In this document: positions 58,831-64,000 of the stretch, one piece after another
Layout: every line of letters starts with the position of its first letter
Numbering within the stretch: the first letter of the stretch is position 1
Source of the DNA: Clostridiales bacterium
GTDB taxonomy: Bacteria; Bacillota; Clostridia; Lachnospirales; Cellulosilyticaceae
DNA: 64,000 bases
Direction: 5' to 3'
NCBI GenBank assembly: GCA_019418225.1
Contig: DYCF01000018.1
Coordinates: 15,854 to 79,853, forward strand
Program-made: the position numbers and the translations under genes
The notes under the pieces: model-generated
What the model was told of the DNA's origin: nothing
Seen by the model: only the letters and a program-made list of their open reading frames with translations
Database searches by the model: none

Positions 58831-61284
58831 CTACACCTGTGCTGCTTCAAGTTCTTCTAAACTTTGATATAAACTATTAACACGGTATAAAAACTCATCC
58901 CCACCTAATAATGTATCATCTACTTGCTTTAACACACTTGCTATTACTTTATAATCATCTAATTGATTGACTTGTAGAAATTCCTGTAATTCCTCTCGCT
59001 TTAGTATTTCTTGTAAAAATTCTTGCGTTTTAATATATCCATTATCCATATACTTATTAATAAGCTGCTGTAATCTTGGTGCCACTTGCTCAAGTCCTAC
59101 TATTTGGTTTTTTTCTCGTTTTTCTTCCCTTAAAATAATATTTAAGCTACCTTCGCCTTCTTTTTTATAACGCTGTCCAAAATAATAGAAAATCACATGA
59201 TATAAACCATATTGGTCTTGTATACTGCTTCCCTTGAGTTGATCCTTCATTTTATTATATAAATCATAGGCATTCACCTTACTTGCCGTCTTAGCAACTT
59301 CCATTAAATGATTTTCTAATTCATCAATAATCTCTTTCTTACATTTTAATCGACTACTATGCACATATGTATTGCTACCTACCTGTACAACCTCTTGAGC
59401 TTCCTTTATCTTTTGCTCTATTGTCAGCTTATTATTTCCTAGGACATAATTATATTCTTTTTTCGCTTCTTCTACTAAAAGTTCCACCATGTCTTCATCT
59501 AAATAAACAGGCTTTTTGAATTTATCTCTAAAAATCATGTCTAAAATATAGCTACTTGAGATACTCTCTTTACTGTAAAATCTCCCATTCGCCTTGTAGC
59601 CCATTGCTTCTAATAAATTAGGAATTACATCTTTCCCCCATTTTTTTATACCAATTGCTCCTATTGCCTGCTCGATTGTCTTCTCATAAGTAGTTAACTC
59701 AAAAGCTTCTGGTAATTTGTCAGCTAATGTCTCCATCAGCTGCTCTTCACCTACTTCTTCATGGAGAAAGACCATATTCAATATCGGATTATATCCTAAA
59801 TCATGAAATGCATTATATTTAATCAGACTTATGATTTGTCTGTTTTTTTCTCCTAAAACAGTTTCTACAACTTTAAAGGCTACATGATGATCTCCCTTAT
59901 TTAAATAAGTAAGAATTTCTACAAGCTTACTGCTTCTTAGTATTTCAGTAAGTGCTTCTAATGTTTGCATTTGGAGCTTACTTGTTACTTCTAATGTTTG
60001 TCCTAACTTATTTGCAGTTTCTTCTAAACTGTATCCTTCCTCAAAACGATACTTCAGCACTTCTAATCCTTCTCTATCTTCATACTGCTCAAAGGCTAAA
60101 CTTGGCACAACAATTTGATTTATTGATTTTAATGCATTTTCTAATGCTGGTCTATTGATAAGCCCGCTTGCAGTATTTATGGATTTATGCTGTAACTGCT
60201 TTAGTTTCACCTTTTTTAAACCGTTATCTATAGCTATGCCATAAATTATCCCAATTTGTCCTAACGTAGAATTATTAAACACTTCATATAGGTGTGATTC
60301 TAAACAAATTTCATAATCCGCTATAGCTTCAGCTGCTTCTTGTGCTATTCCTATACACGCAAAACTACTGTCTTTCATAGCATAACGTGCTAATATCTCT
60401 AACGTCTTTTGATATTTCTTCGTTCCTACACCTGTGTAATTTTTATAACTCACTAAAAATGCTGTCGTAATTTCACCTAACTTACTAATCTCTTTAATCT
60501 TTGCTAGCTTATGGAGTGGTTCATAACTGCTTTCTTTAAATACATCCTTAATTTTAACTTCACTATATACTGGCTGCATTTTAATATGAATACGCCAGTC
60601 TAATGTATTTTCTAATGCTTCCCATTCCTCTCTGGTAAACAATCTAGCTACTGATTTAAACGTAATGTATCCCTTGAATTTGCTTAGGAAACTCTTTGCT
60701 CTAACTATCGTCATGCCTGGATAGTCTAGCATATAAGCTACAACTTGCCCATTTATTTGTGTTGTTCGTATAATTCCCTGTTCTTCAATATCATTAATTA
60801 ACTTCTCTTCATAGGCCTTAGTTGTAATATAATCTCTAATCTCTCTTTCAATGACTACTTCATTAATTTCTAATTCTTCAGTTTCATCTTCTATGTAATC
60901 TTTAATTCGTAAAGGTTGCTTTTCTTCTACTCCTACTACTTCTTCTGTATTTTCCTCTTGTTCTAGTTCTAGTGCTATTTCTTCTACTGTATTCTTTTCT
61001 TGTTCTAGTGCTATCTCTTCTGTTGTATTCTTTTCTTGTTCTAGTGCTATCTCCTCTGTTGTATTCTCTTCTTGTTCTAGTACTATCTCTTCTTCTGCTG
61101 TATTCTCTTCTTGTTCTAATGCTATCTCTTCTTCTGCTGTATTCTCTTCTTGTTCTAATATGCTCTCTTCTATTATGCCTTCTTCTTGCTCTAATTCTGG
61201 CTGCACATTGCTTACAGTTTCAGCTTCTTTCTTCTGCGGTCCTGTAAACAACTTCTTGAATAATTTATGTAATGGATTTCCCAT
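58831..61284 (-). CDS. Large protein with acidic repeat tract and sigma-70 region-4-like HTH
   Basis: LEQEENT repeats; GVGTKK helix-hairpin-helix-like motif; EVLKYRFEEGYSLEETANKLG. Confidence 0.6.
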   Translation of the reverse strand: MGNPLHKLFKKLFTGPQKKEAETVSNVQPELEQEEGIIEESILEQEENTAEEEIALEQEENTAEEEIVLEQEENTTEEIALEQEKNTTEEIALEQEKNTVEEIALELEQEENTEEVVGVEEKQPLRIKDYIEDETEELEINEVVIEREIRDYITTKAYEEKLINDIEEQGIIRTTQINGQVVAYMLDYPGMTIVRAKSFLSKFKGYITFKSVARLFTREEWEALENTLDWRIHIKMQPVYSEVKIKDVFKESSYEPLHKLAKIKEISKLGEITTAFLVSYKNYTGVGTKKYQKTLEILARYAMKDSSFACIGIAQEAAEAIADYEICLESHLYEVFNNSTLGQIGIIYGIAIDNGLKKVKLKQLQHKSINTASGLINRPALENALKSINQIVVPSLAFEQYEDREGLEVLKYRFEEGYSLEETANKLGQTLEVTSKLQMQTLEALTEILRSSKLVEILTYLNKGDHHVAFKVVETVLGEKNRQIISLIKYNAFHDLGYNPILNMVFLHEEVGEEQLMETLADKLPEAFELTTYEKTIEQAIGAIGIKKWGKDVIPNLLEAMGYKANGRFYSKESISSSYILDMIFRDKFKKPVYLDEDMVELLVEEAKKEYNYVLGNNKLTIEQKIKEAQEVVQVGSNTYVHSSRLKCKKEIIDELENHLMEVAKTASKVNAYDLYNKMKDQLKGSSIQDQYGLYHVIFYYFGQRYKKEGEGSLNIILREEKREKNQIVGLEQVAPRLQQLINKYMDNGYIKTQEFLQEILKREELQEFLQVNQLDDYKVIASVLKQVDDTLLGGDEFLYRVNSLYQSLEELEAAQV
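60940..61195 (-). repeat. Intragenic 36-39-bp tandem repeat (LEQEENTxEE(E)IA, ~7 copies)
   Basis: Visible in DNA and translation. Confidence 0.85.
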
Positions 61285-61510
61285 GTAACTTTCTCCTTTT
61301 TCCCCTAGTGCATTAATATTGTTATCTTTATACTATATGATTTTACACCTTCTTTCAATAAAACCCCAGTCAAACTTTCCTACCCTGAAAATAAAGAAAG
61401 AAGTGTCATGAAATTTATTTCAAGACACTTCCCACCTTATCTCTATGCTATATATGTTCTATCTGCCTTATCAGATTTTCTCTTTCAATTATATCCTCAC
61501 TTCTAAACAC

Positions 61511-62095
61511 TTATATCTTCACGCATTCAAAATAAAAGTATTTTTCATCTTCTATCATCTTTATTTCAAATCCTGTTTTACGGCATAATTCCTTTAACTC
61601 ATCATCTAAAGGAATTGGCTCCTCTTTAGCTGAGGTATAGTTAATAGCCTTATGATGTGCCTTTAGCTCTTCTCTTGTTCTGCAGTGTACCATTACTAAT
61701 TGGCCACCTGTCTTTAAAAGCTCATTTGCATTCATAAAAACTCTTAAGAGATTTTCAAAATGTGGTACTACATTAAATATAATACAATAATCATTTTCGC
61801 CTTGTATATGTGAGATTTCTCCTTCAAAGTCCACACAAACTAATGTTGCTAAAGGAAATCTTTCTGCAAATACCTTTAACATATTTTCAGAACTATCTAT
61901 TCCTACATAGTGCATTACATCTCTTTCTGTAAGTAAATCATATAAAACGCCTGTCCCACATCCTACATCTATTACCTTTTCATCTGGTTTTATATTCAAT
62001 CGTTCAATTACTTCATCTGCTATCCTAATATTTTTCTCTGGTACATTCCACGCCTGCGCACTACTATCAAAAAACACTTTATCTTTTCTTCCCAT
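61511..62095 (-). CDS. Class I SAM-dependent methyltransferase
   Basis: VIDVGCGTG, GIDSSENML, PHF, LKTGG. Confidence 0.88.
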   Translation of the reverse strand: MGRKDKVFFDSSAQAWNVPEKNIRIADEVIERLNIKPDEKVIDVGCGTGVLYDLLTERDVMHYVGIDSSENMLKVFAERFPLATLVCVDFEGEISHIQGENDYCIIFNVVPHFENLLRVFMNANELLKTGGQLVMVHCRTREELKAHHKAINYTSAKEEPIPLDDELKELCRKTGFEIKMIEDEKYFYFECVKI

Positions 62096-62154
62096 TAATT
62101 AGTCTCCTCTTTAAATACGCTTTTATTTAAACTATTCTTTTATTTGCACTTTTC

Positions 62155-62269
62155 TATAAAGAAACCAACTATAACTTTAAATGAGCCATTATATAAATAG
62201 GTTTCTCTCAATCATTTCACATAGCTATAATATAATCAATCACTAAATTTTATAAATGTGAAATCTATA
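62155..62269 (-). repeat. Diverged inverted copy of the 111-bp dispersed repeat
   Basis: tataaagaaaccaacta...ggtttctctcaatcatttcacat...tataaatgtgaaatctata is the reverse complement of the consensus, same length. Confidence 0.88.
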
Positions 62270-62421
62270 TTTAAGCACATATAGCTCTCTCTTCTTTAAA
62301 TCATCTATAAGCTACAGCATAGCTTATGATTATAAATAAGATATAAACGACATTTTTCTTGCTTTCTCAATGCTTTTATCTCATAATATACTATATTTTT
62401 ATTCTAAAGGAGTATCTTATT

Positions 62422-62883
62422 ATGGCCGGTTATAAAGGACATCTACGTGGTGGCATGGTGACTGCATTTATTTTAATTATATTTCTAACACCTAGCCTCT
62501 CAATTTCACGTACCCCATTAAATATTATTTTGCTTAGTATCAGTATTATATTAGGAAGCCTGCTTCCAGATATTGATCATCCTTATAGTCTATTAGGTCG
62601 CTATATTCCTTTTATTAGTAAACCTCTTTATAGATATTTTGGACATCGAAGTTTAACACATTCGTTATGCTTTATCTTTTGTCTTGTTCTTATAATCTCT
62701 TTATTTGGTTTCGAAATCTTTGCTCTTGGACTAGGTACTGGTATGCTTAGTCATGTTGCACTCGATTTATTCTGGCCAGGTAGTAGCGGCGTTGCCTTTC
62801 TCTACCCGTTCTATAAACGCCGCATTGACCTAATGCCAAACTTTCATCCCAAAAAGAAAAAGCGACGTAAAAAGAGACGTTAA
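62422..62883 (+). CDS. Membrane metal-dependent hydrolase (YdjM/DUF457-like)
   Basis: ATG 62422 after AAGGAG; GSLLPDIDH, GHRSLTHS, SHVALD. Confidence 0.85.
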   Translation: MAGYKGHLRGGMVTAFILIIFLTPSLSISRTPLNIILLSISIILGSLLPDIDHPYSLLGRYIPFISKPLYRYFGHRSLTHSLCFIFCLVLIISLFGFEIFALGLGTGMLSHVALDLFWPGSSGVAFLYPFYKRRIDLMPNFHPKKKKRRKKRR

Positions 62884-62891
62884 TGCTTTCT

Positions 62892-63773
62892 TTAAAAAAG
62901 TGTAAGCTGCTCAACTTTATAAGGTGTTTGATATAAATTTATAATATCTTGCATCTTATAAGCGAGCCCATACTTTGTACACTGCGTCGTAAATACTTTC
63001 CATAGTTTCCCTATTTCTATGCTTCTACATTCGTAGTTATTCCCAAAATGCGTAATGTACTTTTCTTTCACGCCAGGAAAATGCCTCTCTAATGCTTCAA
63101 AATAATATTCCCTTTGATTTTCTCTAAGTGTCATTCCAATGGCAGGATAAATAAACTTCGCACCATTAAAGGCTGCTTGTCTTACAATTTCACATATATT
63201 CTCTTCATTATCTTCAATAAAAGGTAATACTGGCATTAATAATAAGCCACATGTAATTCCGGCTTCAGATAATTCCTTAATCGCTGCAAATCTTTGCGAC
63301 GTAGGTGCCACATGCGGTTCTATAATTTTACATAATTCATCATCACAAGTCGTTACCGTCATCTTCACAAGTACAGGGGCATTTCTTTGAATTTGTTTCA
63401 AAATATCTATATCCCGAGTAATAAGAGGACTTTTAGTAGCTATAGCTACACCGAATCCATATTGTGCAATTAATTCTAATCCTCCTCTGGTTAACCCATA
63501 CTTTCTTTCCATAGGATTATATGGATCTGACATAGAGCCTGTCCCAACCACACCTGTTCTAATCTTACCCTTTAATTCCGCTCTTATAATCTGCAATGCA
63601 TCCTTCTTAGCCCTAACTTCATCAAAGTTATCAATACCATAACAACTACTTCTACTATCACAATATATACAGCCATGATTACACCCTTTATATATATTCA
63701 TCTTATAGTCAATGCCAAACCAATCATTTCCCTTACATCTTGTCACAATCGTCTTCGCTGGTATAAATTCCAT
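62892..63773 (-). CDS. SplB-like radical SAM protein
   Basis: NIYKGCNHGCIYCD, GSMSDPY.P.E, TKS.LI.RD.D.L. Confidence 0.88.
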   Translation of the reverse strand: MEFIPAKTIVTRCKGNDWFGIDYKMNIYKGCNHGCIYCDSRSSCYGIDNFDEVRAKKDALQIIRAELKGKIRTGVVGTGSMSDPYNPMERKYGLTRGGLELIAQYGFGVAIATKSPLITRDIDILKQIQRNAPVLVKMTVTTCDDELCKIIEPHVAPTSQRFAAIKELSEAGITCGLLLMPVLPFIEDNEENICEIVRQAAFNGAKFIYPAIGMTLRENQREYYFEALERHFPGVKEKYITHFGNNYECRSIEIGKLWKVFTTQCTKYGLAYKMQDIINLYQTPYKVEQLTLF

Positions 63774-64000
63774 CCTTCTCCTCCTTCTCTTTCTCTCATT
63801 TAACTTATCCTATCCTCCATCAAAAAGAGGATGCCAACTTACCTATAAGTTTACAGCATCCCCTTCCATATCTCCAGCCTATTTATCTTATCTCCTCTTC
63901 CCCACCATCTTTTTCACCATTTCCCCGTCACTTCATTATTTCACCTTTTACGCCCTACTATCTTCTTCCCCTTTCACTATTCGCACTTTTAAATTTTCTC

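Noticed and set aside
3800..61247. Numerous short ORFs antisense to or nested in long genes (e.g. 17491-17817, 22367-22726, 24332-24652, 60972-61247, 13782-14078, 42347-42601)
   Set aside because: Shadow frames of real genes or read-through of repeats; no RBS or recognisable motifs
62892..63773. True spore photoproduct lyase splB
   Set aside because: Motifs fit the broader SplB-like family; SplB specificity cannot be supported by eye

Overview
AT-rich Clostridia-type (probably Lachnospirales; inferred) chromosomal window, mostly minus-strand genes. Housekeeping content: a complete FabT-regulated type II fatty-acid synthesis cluster (fabT-fabH-acpP-fabK-fabD-fabG-fabF-accB-fabZ-accC-accD-accA) with a divergent FabX-like gene, T-box-controlled tyrS, trxB, guaD, a truA paralogue, a GH2 hydrolase and a YtrA/ABC operon. 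Accessory content of most interest: (1) a 10-gene co-oriented cluster at 28.0-38.0 kb combining arsenic-handling genes (ArsM-like methyltransferase, ArsN1/PAT-like GNAT, ArsR fused to a radical SAM enzyme, DUF5714-like Cys-rich protein) with two ATP-grasp peptide ligases, an MFS exporter and an ABC importer, a candidate organoarsenical-peptide pathway; (2) a coupled operon of a beta-CASP-less MBL nuclease, a GrpE-like protein and an Hsp70 with a helical-repeat tail; (3) a RelE-like/UvrD-helicase/TPR fusion; (4) a 7-heme-motif cytochrome c next to a lone CcmF; (5) a 111-bp two-hairpin dispersed repeat (6 full copies, 1 half copy) bounded by TATA that forms tandems and supplies gene 3' ends, plus a separate 183-bp palindrome inside the fab operon. 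No rRNA, tRNA, CRISPR array, transposase or integrase was seen. All family calls come from motif recognition by eye, not from database searches.
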